Below are positions 1 to 10,119 of a stretch of DNA of 64,000 nucleotides, in pieces (position 1 is the stretch's first letter; each line of letters begins with the position of its first letter). Under the pieces are notes generated by a model. The model ran no database searches. It worked only from the letters and a program-made list of their open reading frames with translations, and was not told the origin of the DNA. The stretch comes from Candidatus Poribacteria bacterium (GTDB lineage Bacteria > Poribacteria > WGA-4E > PCPOR2b): assembly GCA_965208675.1 (NCBI GenBank), contig OZ242351.1, positions 2,400,001 to 2,464,000 on the forward strand, read 5' to 3'. Position numbers and translations under genes: made by a program.

Positions 1-235
1 CGGGGTCGGCAAAGCGCAAGCATTTGCCGCCCTGATAGCCGTCATCTGACCGCTCGGCGGTTTGAATCGTCCCGTCATTACCATTTCCGGTGATATCCAT
101 CAGGACATCGCCATCGCCCTCAAAGTCGAAGTGTGCGAGGAGCCCCGCCTCAAGGTCAGCGGATACCGGCGAAACCATCCCCCACGCCAATACAGTAAGG
201 GCAGAAATCAAACTCAACACCAAGTGACGTTGCAT
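1..235 (-). CDS. Secreted LamG/concanavalin-like domain protein, N-terminal part (runs off the left window edge)
   Basis: Manual translation from ATG 235: MQRHLVLSLISALTVLAWGMVSPVSADLEAGLLAHFDFEGDGDVLMDITGNGNDGTI..., i.e. a signal peptide plus the LamG-type 'HFDFE...DxxGNGNDG' start. GGAGG RBS at about 244-248. Not in the ORF track. Confidence 0.75.
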   Translation of the reverse strand, partial: MQRHLVLSLISALTVLAWGMVSPVSADLEAGLLAHFDFEGDGDVLMDITGNGNDGTIQTAERSDDGYQGGKCLRFADP

Positions 236-345
236 AAAATTTACCTCCAAATGGGTTATTATTCGCTATGTGCCTCAAGATACGTGAAAATAACAGTATA
301 GCATGATTTACTGGATGCTCGCCACAAAAAAACTCTCGCCATATT

Positions 346-1224
346 TCACAGCTTCGTTGCGGCAATACCCACCCAACAGTGTTGCTTCTGAATCTCAATA
401 CATTGAAACCCGTTCGCTCGCAATAGAATTTCAATCTCACCCGCTTCATTCCCCATAATTCCTGACAATACAACTTTCCCTTCACTTTTGAGATATTGCG
501 GACAGTGAGGAATCATGGGGAGAATTACCTCCGAAAGCGTGTTGGATATGATGAGGTGGTATGTACCGCACAGCGCATTCAGCCCGTCGCCCTGCTTCAG
601 ACGAACGATGGGTTCGACGCCATTGCGTAGAACATTTTCCGACGCAATCGGCATCACTGTCTCATCTATATCTGTGGCATCGACCCGCTTGGCGCCGAGC
701 TTGGCTGCCGCAATTGATAAGATGCCAGTTCCGGTGCCAATGTCGGCGGCAATGTCGCCCTTCCTGATTACCCTCTCTAACAGCTCCATTGACACCTGGG
801 TCGTCGGATGATGCCCAGTCCCAAACGCCATTCCCGGATCTAATCGGATTAGGATTTCCAATTCATTGGGCGTAAACTCATGCCATGTTGGGGCGATAAC
901 GAGGCGTTTACCGATGCGGCGAGGGTGGAAGCCGGATCGCCACTTCGCTGACCAATCTTCTTCTTCAACCTCGCTCAACCAAACTTCCGCCGGATGTGGA
1001 TTCATCCCAAATTCGGGAAGCTGCGCTAGATATTTTTGTACCGCCTGTATACGATCACTAACAATATCGTCCGTGCGAAAGTAGGATATTAGCTTCACCG
1101 CGGATTGGGGCGAGGTCGAATCTTCTTTAACCTCAATGCCGCTCGCATTCAACTCAAACAAGTAATTCGAGACAGCGTCAACTGCTTCTTGAGAGGTTAC
1201 CACGGTGACCTGCGTCCATCTCAT
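346..1224 (-). CDS. prmA: Ribosomal protein L11 methyltransferase
   Basis: DW..KWR, IAPTW, LDPGMAFGTGHHPTT and DIGTGTGILSI motifs. Start placed at MRWTQVTV (1224) rather than 1290. Confidence 0.95.
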   Translation of the reverse strand: MRWTQVTVVTSQEAVDAVSNYLFELNASGIEVKEDSTSPQSAVKLISYFRTDDIVSDRIQAVQKYLAQLPEFGMNPHPAEVWLSEVEEEDWSAKWRSGFHPRRIGKRLVIAPTWHEFTPNELEILIRLDPGMAFGTGHHPTTQVSMELLERVIRKGDIAADIGTGTGILSIAAAKLGAKRVDATDIDETVMPIASENVLRNGVEPIVRLKQGDGLNALCGTYHLIISNTLSEVILPMIPHCPQYLKSEGKVVLSGIMGNEAGEIEILLRANGFQCIEIQKQHCWVGIAATKL

Positions 1225-1289
1225 AATACTAACGCCATTTTGGGTTGCGTCCGATAAACTTCCCTCAACGCCGCCGATAGACGAACGCA

Positions 1290-2180
1290 TTAGATGGAGC
1301 CGGGTTGTGATTCCCCTTTGTAATTTGGACCGTAGTGAGGACCGATCAGGTTTTCGCTAACTCCGGGCCCCGACTGGCCGCCTGTGATTAGGAAATCGTC
1401 GCCTATGCCGCACAACCATTTGTACATGTCAGCGACATACTTGGTTAGGTGGCGAGGAATTCGATCAAAAAGCGCCGTCCCCAAATTGAAGTCCGGCTCA
1501 ATAATCCAATCCCTTTCCGGGCTTACTGTACGCCAGTAGTCGTATTTCAGCATGTGCCGCACGCCCGATGCTGTAGCGTCGCTTTTTCGATGCAGAATGC
1601 TTTGGGAATGGACAGCAAGCGTACCAGCCGGTCCGGCGGAGGAAACCCCTTGAGCCAGTTCCGGCGCATAAGGCGGATCAAGGTGCGATGTTGGTACAAT
1701 TTCGGTAGGCCCCATCTCTGGCGGCGTATCCTGCGGAACGTAAAATACCTCAATGAAGTTGATTTTTGGTCCACTCACGAATCCACCGTCATGATGCCAT
1801 CCCTGTGAGGGGGACGGACAGTTTGTGGAATGCCGGCTCATGAGGACAGGCAGCCCGACATTTCTGCCCAGCAGCGATCGTAATACACCGGTCACTTGCG
1901 GATTGAGAACCACATTGTCAACGAACCATTCCTCTAGGAAGAGCGTGCTCGGTTCATGAGAGTTGCGGATTCTCTCTAAATCCCGGCGGTTGCGTCCCTC
2001 GGGAATATAACTCGGGTTCGATGGAAGTTCTCCATTTAGATAGGCGCACGTGCGTTGATTCGTTTCATCATCAATCACACCTTCCAGGATTAGGTACCCA
2101 TCTCGGCAGAAATCCAAAATCTGTGTGTCGGTTAGGGTCGGTTCACAGTCAAAGGTTCTATTGATTTTGTCATATTTCAT
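1290..2180 (-). CDS. Phytanoyl-CoA dioxygenase (PhyH) family Fe(II)/2OG oxygenase
   Basis: LTD.QILDF.RDGYLILEGVI start, WHHD (HxD), QDTP.EMGPTEIVP.SH and distal ILHR. Confidence 0.8.
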   Translation of the reverse strand: MKYDKINRTFDCEPTLTDTQILDFCRDGYLILEGVIDDETNQRTCAYLNGELPSNPSYIPEGRNRRDLERIRNSHEPSTLFLEEWFVDNVVLNPQVTGVLRSLLGRNVGLPVLMSRHSTNCPSPSQGWHHDGGFVSGPKINFIEVFYVPQDTPPEMGPTEIVPTSHLDPPYAPELAQGVSSAGPAGTLAVHSQSILHRKSDATASGVRHMLKYDYWRTVSPERDWIIEPDFNLGTALFDRIPRHLTKYVADMYKWLCGIGDDFLITGGQSGPGVSENLIGPHYGPNYKGESQPGSI

Positions 2181-2308
2181 CGTGGATCACCCCAATCAAG
2201 TTTGAAGTCTCTTCGTTCTTCTGCATGCCAGCCGAAACTCAAACCAGCGGTATTAGTTATTATTACGTATTGGCGATTCTCCGTCAACCCAAAATTACGC
2301 ATATGTCA

Positions 2309-3289
2309 TTATGCCGCGTCCCAATCGAGCAGTACCCCCATGGCTTCGTTCATCCGGTTGTAGAGTAAATCAAACGCGTCCGCGGCCTGGCTAAATGAAA
2401 ATCGGTGAGTTGTCATCTGCTCTGTCCGGATGATTCCGGATCCGAGAAGTCCCATTGCGCGGCGAGAAATCCCCGCTCCAACCGTCTGGCCGTAGTAACC
2501 TCCGAGTATCTGCCGCCGCTGAATTTTGCCGCTCCACAGCGGCAGCGGCGAATCTTCGTACAGTCCAATCAAATGCAATAAACCCCCAACAGCGAGCATA
2601 TCTAACCCTTGGTCGAATGCGTCGGGGCCCCCAGGTCCGCCGACGGCGTACACAACAATATCGGCGCCAATACCGTTGGTTAGCCGGCGGACAGCTCGAA
2701 CTGCATCTTCATCAGACGCGTTGATGACAACGTCGGCGCCCAAACCTTCAGCTAACCGACACCGGTTGTCCAATGTGTCAATTGCAATTACACGCCCATT
2801 GCCGTTGGCTTTTGCGACCTGCATGATTAGGCTGCCGACCAGTCCTTGCCCCACTATGGCAACCGTGTCATTCGGTTGAATGTTTTCAATGTCCACCCAT
2901 GCTACCGCGCCCGACACCAGGGGATAGTAGGGAGCCTGATCAAAATTGACAGCCGATAGCATGGGAACCACTTGCGCGTGCTCCTGCGGAGAACTTACAC
3001 GCGCGGGTCGAACAACATATTGAGCGTGCGGCGCCGAAGCAACCACCCGATCGCCTACCGAGAAGTGCTCAACGCCCGAACCGACAGCGTCAACAACTCC
3101 CGCCAGCGAGTATCCCATCCGTTCCGGGTCAATCGCTGATGCTCGTGTATACCGTCCACCCATCTCCGATCCCCGGCTGATAAGGCTCCGTACCGCTTTG
3201 ACACGAACCTCGCCGCGGCCCGGTTCAGGCGTAGGAACCTCCTCTAAGACGATATTAAACTTCCCTTCCGGTTTGCAAACCCGTTTCAC
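2309..3289 (-). CDS. Medium-chain (zinc-type) alcohol dehydrogenase family protein
   Basis: GroES-like N-terminus (SLISRGSE, GYSLAGVV..VG..V..F.VGDRV) and Rossmann motif GQGLVG. Confidence 0.85.
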   Translation of the reverse strand: MKRVCKPEGKFNIVLEEVPTPEPGRGEVRVKAVRSLISRGSEMGGRYTRASAIDPERMGYSLAGVVDAVGSGVEHFSVGDRVVASAPHAQYVVRPARVSSPQEHAQVVPMLSAVNFDQAPYYPLVSGAVAWVDIENIQPNDTVAIVGQGLVGSLIMQVAKANGNGRVIAIDTLDNRCRLAEGLGADVVINASDEDAVRAVRRLTNGIGADIVVYAVGGPGGPDAFDQGLDMLAVGGLLHLIGLYEDSPLPLWSGKIQRRQILGGYYGQTVGAGISRRAMGLLGSGIIRTEQMTTHRFSFSQAADAFDLLYNRMNEAMGVLLDWDAA

Positions 3290-3524
3290 AGTCCGTCCTT
3301 TCTACCACGGACTTTTGACGAACATTGCTTACAAACGGTTGAATTGATGTTACATGCCGCGCCGTGGTTCTAGGTCGTTTTTAAGGTATACTCACTCGTC
3401 GTGTGCGTTCACGCAGTTCGCAATTTAGCAAAGACCATATATGATGTCAACCCAAAAATCGAGATTTTGCCGTTTAATCTATGCCGCCCAAAAGACTTTA
3501 GCGACAGATTGAGTTTCTTTCAAC

Positions 3525-3553
3525 TTGACAACGCAATCCAGTTATGATATTAT
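3525..3553 (+). promoter_or_regulatory. Sigma70-type promoter of rplM-rpsI
   Basis: TTGACA (3525-3530), 17-nt spacer, TGn-TATTAT (3548-3553). Confidence 0.7.
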
Positions 3554-3653
3554 TTCGGGCTGTGCTCAACATCAATGGTGCTTCATCTATAGAAGTTGGA
3601 TCGCTAGTAAAGTGCAGGGCACACATTCTTGTGATTACGCGTAGGAGCAGATT

Positions 3654-4091
3654 ATGCTTACAATGAAATCATACGTTTTTAAAGAATCAGATTGGGAAAT
3701 CAAGTGGTATGTCGTAGACGCGAATGGAAAAGTGCTCGGGCGGTTGGCGACTCAAATTGCGACGATTCTACGGGGAAAGCACCGTCCGACTTTTACCCCG
3801 CATGCCGATATGGGGTACCGCGTCGCCGTAGTTAATGCCGAGAAGGTCATCGTCACGGGAAAGAAATCGGAACAGAAAACCTACTTTCGTTACAGCGGTT
3901 ATCCAAGCGGGGACAAATACACCACCTTCAAAGAACAGATGCAGAAAAAACCTGAAGAAATCATACGGCATGCGGTGAAGGGAATGCTGCCGAAAAATCG
4001 CTTGGGACGTAAACTGATAGGAAAGTTAAAGGTTTACGCCGGACCGAATCATCCGCACGATGCGCAGCAACCCGAAATAGTGGAGATATAA
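3654..4091 (+). CDS. rplM: 50S ribosomal protein L13
   Basis: [43 protein letters not shown] and HPH.AQQP. Confidence 0.99.
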   Translation: MLTMKSYVFKESDWEIKWYVVDANGKVLGRLATQIATILRGKHRPTFTPHADMGYRVAVVNAEKVIVTGKKSEQKTYFRYSGYPSGDKYTTFKEQMQKKPEEIIRHAVKGMLPKNRLGRKLIGKLKVYAGPNHPHDAQQPEIVEI

Positions 4092-4434
4092 CCCTTAGTA
4101 AGGGCTTTGTGGTGGTTTCAACTGGAAATTCGCTTATGAAATTAACGGGTTTTAGAATCTGTTGAAAATCCATTTTTTTATTAGAGCGTCAGTTGATTTA
4201 AGCCTAAGCCCCAGATGGGATCTTCGATCATCAAATCGAAGATAGTTTTTTCAGTAAAATAGTAAGGTCAATTTACGATACATCGAAAGCCCCAGCGGGG
4301 CGACAGATTATTGCAACTCAAACACCCAAGAATGGCATTGTCACCTATTATTCAAACAGGTTTGTAACCGCAATTGGAATTTATCTATCAGTAGTTTTAT
4401 GACTAGACAACGGATTTGAAACTGAGGAGATGGT

Positions 4435-4830
4435 ATGGCAGCGGAACAATATTGGGGAACAGGGCGGCGTAAAACCTCCGTGGCACGCGTTAGGTTAGTC
4501 GAGGATGGATCTGGACAGTTCGTAGTCAATAGAAAACCGATTGAGGAATACTTTGATCGGGCCGACCACGTTCAGATTGCGAAACAACCGTTTGGAGTTA
4601 TTGAAAGAAGCAGCGAATATGATGTCTTCGTGAACGCACATGGCGGCGGTATCTCGGGGCAAGCGGGAGCGATTCTGCACGGACTTGCCCGCGCCCTCGT
4701 TAAGGCGGATGAGTCTTTCAAACCCACCCTGAAAAAAGCAGGATTCTTGACCCGGGATGCGCGAATGGTTGAACGCAAAAAATATGGACAGAAAGGCGCG
4801 CGCGCACGGTTCCAATTCTCCAAACGCTAG
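4435..4830 (+). CDS. rpsI: 30S ribosomal protein S9
   Basis: [21 protein letters not shown] and [28 protein letters not shown]. Confidence 0.99.
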   Translation: MAAEQYWGTGRRKTSVARVRLVEDGSGQFVVNRKPIEEYFDRADHVQIAKQPFGVIERSSEYDVFVNAHGGGISGQAGAILHGLARALVKADESFKPTLKKAGFLTRDARMVERKKYGQKGARARFQFSKR

Positions 4831-4870
4831 ATTCTTCTTATTGTAGGGAATCTCATCGAGGATGTAAATC

Positions 4871-6163
4871 ATGCCAAATATCGCTATATTGGGTGCCCAA
4901 TGGGGCGATGAAAGCAAAGGCAAAACCACGGATTTTCTCGCTGAAAAAGCCGACATTGTTGCAAGGTATCAAGGCGGTGATAACGCGGGGCATACTATCG
5001 TTATCGGTGACGAGAAATACATTCTTCATCTGCTTCCGTCCGGTATTCTTCACCCCCATACCGTAAATGTGATTGGCAACGGTGTGGTCATTAATCTGGA
5101 AACGCTTTTCGCTGAAATCAATGAGCTAGTTGCACGTGGGATTGAGGTTGGCGGCCGCCTGAAGATTAGTTCCCGAGCCCACTTAATCCTCCCTTACCAC
5201 AAGATAATGGAATCGTGGGACGACTTGGGAAGCGGGTTAAAGATAGGCACCACCTCGCGCGGAATTGGACCAACATACGTCGATAAGATGAACCGCCATT
5301 CGGGGATAAGGGTCGCGGATCTGCTTGAGTTCGACCTCTTCCAGAAGAAATTTGACTTCAACCTTGAAGCCAAAGATTACGTCCTCAATCAGATCGGCGG
5401 CGAGATTGATAGAAACGCCTTGCTTGAGAAATACTACGAATACGCTCAGCAACTTGCGCCCTATGTCATTGATACCCCTGAATTTATGCACCGAGAGATG
5501 AAAGCTGGGAAGCAGGTGCTCTTTGAAGGTGCGCAGGGGACGATGCTCGATATCGATTTTGGAACATATCCGTATGTCACGTCGTCCAATACTACCGTCG
5601 GTGCGGTATGTACAGGGCTGGGCGTCGCACCCAAAGCGATAGGTCACGTTTTGGGGGTCTCAAAAGCCTACGTGACACGTGTCGGGGGCGGCCCATTCCC
5701 GACAGAGATGCCGCCAGATTTGGATGAAGAGATACGCCGTATCGGCGAAGAATATGGCGCAACGACCCAGCGGCCGCGCCGGTGCGGCTGGCTAGATCTT
5801 GTCGCACTGCGCTATGCAACGCAAATTAACGGCTTTACCGGTATTGTTCTGACGAAATTTGATGTCTTAGACTGCCTTGATGAAATCCAAATCTGCGTTG
5901 CGTATCAGCGTGATGGCGAGGAAGTATCGGCGTTTCCGGCGAACTTACGGACTCTCGCTGAATGTGAGCCTGTTTACGAAACACTGCCCGGCTGGAAACA
6001 GTCAACCGCCGATGTTCGCCGATACGAAGATTTGCCAACGACCGCAAAGCGATACATCTCGTACGTCGCTGAATTCTTAGACGTGCCCATTGTTATGGCT
6101 TCCGTAGGTAAAGATCGGGCACAAACGGTAATTTGCGATTCAGATTTTCTCTCATCTGATTGA
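4871..6163 (+). CDS. purA: Adenylosuccinate synthetase
   Basis: GAQWGDE.KGK, RYQGG.NAGHT, IGTT.RGIGP.Y.DK, EGAQG.MLDIDFGTYPYVTSS and RPRRCGWLD. Confidence 0.99.
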   Translation: MPNIAILGAQWGDESKGKTTDFLAEKADIVARYQGGDNAGHTIVIGDEKYILHLLPSGILHPHTVNVIGNGVVINLETLFAEINELVARGIEVGGRLKISSRAHLILPYHKIMESWDDLGSGLKIGTTSRGIGPTYVDKMNRHSGIRVADLLEFDLFQKKFDFNLEAKDYVLNQIGGEIDRNALLEKYYEYAQQLAPYVIDTPEFMHREMKAGKQVLFEGAQGTMLDIDFGTYPYVTSSNTTVGAVCTGLGVAPKAIGHVLGVSKAYVTRVGGGPFPTEMPPDLDEEIRRIGEEYGATTQRPRRCGWLDLVALRYATQINGFTGIVLTKFDVLDCLDEIQICVAYQRDGEEVSAFPANLRTLAECEPVYETLPGWKQSTADVRRYEDLPTTAKRYISYVAEFLDVPIVMASVGKDRAQTVICDSDFLSSD

Positions 6164-6209
6164 TCGCCCGCTGGTTGAGATGCGGCCACACCGATGTCAA
6201 TACGCTGCC

Positions 6210-6239
6210 TTGACATTTTGGGTCACAATTCGGTATCAT
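6210..6239 (+). promoter_or_regulatory. Sigma70-type promoter of the tRNA pair
   Basis: TTGACA (6210-6215), 18-nt spacer, TATCAT (6234-6239). Confidence 0.55.
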
Positions 6240-6274
6240 TTATCGCTATCTACAATAGCGGCACCGCCAACTTA

Positions 6275-6347
6275 GGGCCGTTAGCTCAGTTGGTAGAGCA
6301 TCTGACTTTTAATCAGGTGGTCACAGGTTCGACCCCTGTACGGCCCA
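6275..6347 (+). tRNA. tRNA-Lys (anticodon TTT)
   Basis: Acceptor stem GGGCCGT/ACGGCCC, D-arm AGCTCAGTTGGTAGAGC, anticodon loop CTTTTAA, T-loop GGTTCGA. CCA is not encoded. Confidence 0.97.
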
Positions 6348-6353
6348 CCTATC

Positions 6354-6428
6354 GTCCCCGTCGTCTAGCCTGGCCAAGGACACCAGCCTTTCACGCTGGC
6401 GACACGGGTTCAAATCCCGTCGGGGACG
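6354..6428 (+). tRNA. tRNA-Glu (anticodon TTC)
   Basis: Acceptor stem GTCCCCG/CGGGGAC, anticodon arm CCAGC-CTTTCAC-GCTGG, T-loop GGTTCAA. Confidence 0.97.
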
Positions 6429-6438
6429 TCCAATCTTT

Positions 6439-6473
6439 AGCCCCTTCCACGCCATGTGGTAGGGGCTTTTTTT
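6439..6473 (+). terminator. Rho-independent terminator after the tRNAs
   Basis: AGCCCCTTCCAC-GCCAT-GTGGTAGGGGCT hairpin followed by a T run. Confidence 0.85.
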
Positions 6474-6749
6474 CTCAATGGGTAAATGAACATTCTTCTC
6501 ACATGACAATGCGGCTGTAACAAGATTAGTCTGTTTTCCGCTAATAGTTATAACGCACCTACACATACATCACATTAATGGCTGCGGCTTGGCGGCAAAT
6601 CCGTTTGAAAATTGCCGCCACCTCAAACCCGTGGGTCGGGCTTCCTAGCCCCGCATCACCTAAGTGCATCCAAGCGGGGCACGTTGCCCCGTCTACGTGG
6701 ACCGGACTTACAATCCGCACTCCTGAAGCGAAAGAAAGCGAGCTGTCAA

Positions 6750-8228
6750 TTGAACGAAGACCAAAAACCAGGCAGGGTAGACATCCCACCAATCAGCGGT
6801 GTCTTTGGTGAATCGTGGTCGCTCAAGAAACTGATCGGACTGCTCGCCGTTTTTGGCCCCGCAGCAATTGTGGCGTCGGTCAGCATCGGCGCGGGTGAGA
6901 CCATTGTCGTCGTACGCGCCGGAGCTTGGGCTGGCTATAGATTGCTTTGGCTCGTGCTGCTCAGTTGCGTAGTCAAGGGCGTATTTGTCACCTATCTGCT
7001 GGGCCGCTACACTGCCGTCAGCGGTGAACACATCGGGCACCGCTTAGCTCGGTTGCCCGGTCCCCGCGGTTGGCTGCCGCTGTCGATCGTGGCGATGGAA
7101 ATGCTCGGCGCGCCGCTCGCTTGGGTACCGATTGCCAAACCGTGCGGCGATCTGTTTCATTTTTTATTTCAAAGTTCGCTGTCACAGTCTATCACTGAAC
7201 CCATCTGGGAGAATATTTTCACGTCCTGCTTTATCACGCTTGCGCTTGCGTTCGGTTTGCGGCTCTCGTTTGAAAGGCTAGAAAAGCAGCAAATAATCAT
7301 CTGCCTTATCCTCGTCACCGGTACACTTATCGGCACGCTAATTGTCCGTCCCAATTTTAGGGAAGCAATCATCGGCAGCATTAGTTTCGGACACATCCCG
7401 CCGTTTCCCGCATGGGCGCCGCAGGATGCTATAAAAAATCCGCTGCTGACGATGGCAACAGCCTTCGGATACGTCGGCGGTTCCGTCATGGGGTACGTTG
7501 TCTATGCCAACTGGGTTGGGATGCACAGATGGGGTTTGACGGGTCACCAGAACATTGACACCATCCGCCAGCACGCGTTCACACGCGATAAAATCGACTA
7601 CCTGCCCGACTCGCCGGAGCAAGTGAGCCAGTTACGAAAGCTGGTAGCGCCGCTGCGGTGGGATGCCGGCATCGGAGCGGTCGTGCTTTTCATTGTGACG
7701 GGCGCGTTTATGTTATCCGGCGCCGCGGTGCTGTATCCCCTCCAAACCACGTTTGAAGGGTGGGGGCTGCTGACCAACCAAGCCCACGTCTGGAGCAACA
7801 TTCATGACTCGCTCGTCTGGGTGTACTACATCTGCATCATCGTAGCGCTTTGGGGTACTCTGCAAGCACTGCCCGAAATCTACGCACGCGTAATTCAGGA
7901 GTTCTTTCAGGCCGTCTGGCACCGACGCGACTGGGATTATCATAAAATCCGGCATGTCGTTTGCGTCTACATCTTCGTCGCCACAATCGTCCTCGTTTGG
8001 CTAAACGTCCCATTCGACATTCTGACCCAAATCGCAGGCTTCATTCTCGCAAACTTCTCAATCGCAGTGATGATGCTCGCCGCGCTGTATCTGAACTTCA
8101 AACTGCCCGCCGCCTACCGTACACACCCGCTCATGCTAATCGGCGCCATCGTATCGGCAGGCGTACTCATCATCTCCGCCGGGAGCAGCGGCTGGGGCTT
8201 GGCGGTAAAACTGTTCGGCGGTGCGTAA
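6750..8228 (+). CDS. Nramp/MntH-like (APC superfamily) membrane transporter
   Basis: FGPAAIVASVSIGAGE...RAGA..GY.LLW..LL motif and about 11 TM helices. Start uncertain (TTG 6750 chosen; ORF open from 6612). Confidence 0.8.
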   Translation: MNEDQKPGRVDIPPISGVFGESWSLKKLIGLLAVFGPAAIVASVSIGAGETIVVVRAGAWAGYRLLWLVLLSCVVKGVFVTYLLGRYTAVSGEHIGHRLARLPGPRGWLPLSIVAMEMLGAPLAWVPIAKPCGDLFHFLFQSSLSQSITEPIWENIFTSCFITLALAFGLRLSFERLEKQQIIICLILVTGTLIGTLIVRPNFREAIIGSISFGHIPPFPAWAPQDAIKNPLLTMATAFGYVGGSVMGYVVYANWVGMHRWGLTGHQNIDTIRQHAFTRDKIDYLPDSPEQVSQLRKLVAPLRWDAGIGAVVLFIVTGAFMLSGAAVLYPLQTTFEGWGLLTNQAHVWSNIHDSLVWVYYICIIVALWGTLQALPEIYARVIQEFFQAVWHRRDWDYHKIRHVVCVYIFVATIVLVWLNVPFDILTQIAGFILANFSIAVMMLAALYLNFKLPAAYRTHPLMLIGAIVSAGVLIISAGSSGWGLAVKLFGGA

Positions 8229-8249
8229 AATATAGCATAACGATGAAAA

Positions 8250-8321
8250 GAAACCGAGTTTTTTGAAAAAACTCGGTTTCTCCTATCTCACACGCAAAAG
8301 TCCTCTCCTTTACTAAGGGGC
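8250..8321. repeat. Palindrome plus CCCCCTT..AAGGGG hairpin repeat, left copy
   Basis: GAAACCGAGTTTTTT-G-AAAAAACTCGGTTTC (8250-8280) followed by a degenerate AAAA.TCCTC.CCTT.AC.AAGGGG. Direct repeat of 10027-10098. Confidence 0.85.
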
Positions 8322-8415
8322 ATCAACTGTGCGGATAGCGAAGGCGATAGTCACCTTGTGTAATTTGAAACTATTTCGTCAAAACTCGGCTTCTGGTACT
8401 CGCTTACGAATACGA

Positions 8416-8453
8416 AAATCCTCCCCCTTACCAAGGGGGAGCTAGAGGGGGTT
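8416..8453. repeat. AAAATCCTCCCCCTTACCAAGGGGGAG.TAGAGGGGGTT repeat
   Basis: Near-identical copy at 10075-10112. Confidence 0.85.
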
Positions 8454-8462
8454 CACCAAAAA

Positions 8463-10016
8463 TTGAAACAATTTCCCGCCGCATTTTCAATTCTAATAAC
8501 CATAGCTGCCTTAGCTTGTTTCGCGCTGAATCCCCCAACCTACGCATCTGAAAAATCTGAGTTAGAGAGCAAAGTAGATGCCTTACTTAAGGTAGACGAC
8601 TATGACCGAGCCTTCAAATTGGTTGATAGTTTTCTTGAGGAACATGCGGACAACCCAATAGGGTACGCCATGTTGGAGCGGGTGATTACTGCAGGAAGCG
8701 GCTTCCTCAACGCGGCGGACCGAAAGCAAGCGCTCAAAATAATCGATGGTTACATTCAAGAACACCCAGCGAAACCGATTGGGCGCGCCATGATGGTGAG
8801 GGTGCTCGCCGCAGACGGACAAACCGATCGTGCGTACACGGAGTATTATAGATATTTTAAGCTAAGTGAAGCAATCTCACCCCAGTTGCTAATAGAGATT
8901 GTGAGGGGTGCACTCAGCCACAGCGATAATCGTGTAGTTATCGCCGCCGCAGAAACTGCAGAAAATTTAGGTGATACAGGCGCTGTACCCGCTTTAATAA
9001 ATGTTTTCAACGAAATGAGGTATTCCATCTCCGGCTGGGATGTGATGCAGATTATTAGTGTTACAAGTGCATTGGGGTCTTTAGGGGATAAACGTGCTAC
9101 ACCTGCTTTGATAAAGGGCTTCAAGCTTTACACAGGTGATGACGAAAAAAATGTCTATGTTTGGGGACCTGCAGCCAGGGCGTTGGGCAAGTTGGGCGAT
9201 AAAAGCGTTGTTCCTTACCTGATAGAAGCCCTGAATAATGGGAATGTCGAAAATCCACGCAACATCGTGGAAGCGTTGGGAAAATTGGAGGATGGGCGAG
9301 CTAGCTTCATCTTGTACCAAATTCTGAAAGATAGCGAAAGTTATGAACAAGTACGTGCTGCGCTAGCGCTAGCGAGGGTGGGAGACGAGTTTTATAAAGA
9401 ATATGGCGTCAGTGCCTTGATTAAGATTCTCAATGACGACAGTAATAGAGCGCAGCGACGTGCCGCGGGAGCGTTGGTCGAGTTGGGAGATGAGCGCGGC
9501 GTCTCTGTCGTGTTAGATGCTCTCAAGAATAACATCAACGTGTCGCGAGGTAGTGATGCTCAGATACGGTTAGGAGAAAAAGGCGATACGCGCGCCGTTC
9601 CCTATTTGATTGATATTCTCAACAGCCGATATCGCAACGAGGTGCAATGGCAGGTTGCACAGGTGTTGGGAGAGTTAGGGGATAGGCGTGCAGTCCCCGC
9701 ATTAATAAGCGCTCTTAGCAGTGACGGCGGCTTTATTTCCGATAAAAATATGAATCAGATACACATGATGACGAGGTGGGTGGTGCAATTGCACGCTGCA
9801 GAAGCATTGGCGAAGTTGGGTGACGAACGCGGCGTACCTCACTTGATGACCGCCCTCGCGGACGGTAATGACGATGAACGAGGAAATGCCGCAGTCGCAT
9901 TGGCAGAGTTGGGTGAGACAAGCATTGCTCCAAAACTAGTCGAAATCCTCCGCGGCAACGAACGCATTGAACTGAAATTCTGGGCGGCAGAGGCATTGGT
10001 TAAGCTAAGCCGATAA
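8463..10016 (+). CDS. Secreted HEAT-repeat (PBS-lyase-like) protein
   Basis: Signal peptide and repeated AA.ALG.LGD.RAVP.LI.AL units. Confidence 0.85.
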   Translation: MKQFPAAFSILITIAALACFALNPPTYASEKSELESKVDALLKVDDYDRAFKLVDSFLEEHADNPIGYAMLERVITAGSGFLNAADRKQALKIIDGYIQEHPAKPIGRAMMVRVLAADGQTDRAYTEYYRYFKLSEAISPQLLIEIVRGALSHSDNRVVIAAAETAENLGDTGAVPALINVFNEMRYSISGWDVMQIISVTSALGSLGDKRATPALIKGFKLYTGDDEKNVYVWGPAARALGKLGDKSVVPYLIEALNNGNVENPRNIVEALGKLEDGRASFILYQILKDSESYEQVRAALALARVGDEFYKEYGVSALIKILNDDSNRAQRRAAGALVELGDERGVSVVLDALKNNINVSRGSDAQIRLGEKGDTRAVPYLIDILNSRYRNEVQWQVAQVLGELGDRRAVPALISALSSDGGFISDKNMNQIHMMTRWVVQLHAAEALAKLGDERGVPHLMTALADGNDDERGNAAVALAELGETSIAPKLVEILRGNERIELKFWAAEALVKLSR

Positions 10017-10026
10017 AAAACGGTCA

Positions 10027-10112
10027 GAAACCGAGTTTTTTCAAAAAACTCGGTTTCTCCTGTCCTAACATCCAAAAATCCTCCCCCTTACCAAGGGGGA
10101 GTTAGAGGGGGT
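10027..10112. repeat. Palindrome plus CCCCCTTACCAAGGGGG repeat, right copy (may act as a bidirectional terminator)
   Basis: GAAACCGAGTTTTTT-C-AAAAAACTCGGTTTC then AAAATCCTCCCCCTTACCAAGGGGGAG. Lies between convergent genes. Confidence 0.85.
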
Positions 10113-10119
10113 TTTAAAA

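Noticed and set aside
6194-6566. ORFs 6194-6520 and 6321-6566
   Set aside because: They overlap the two tRNA genes and the terminator, so they are spurious.
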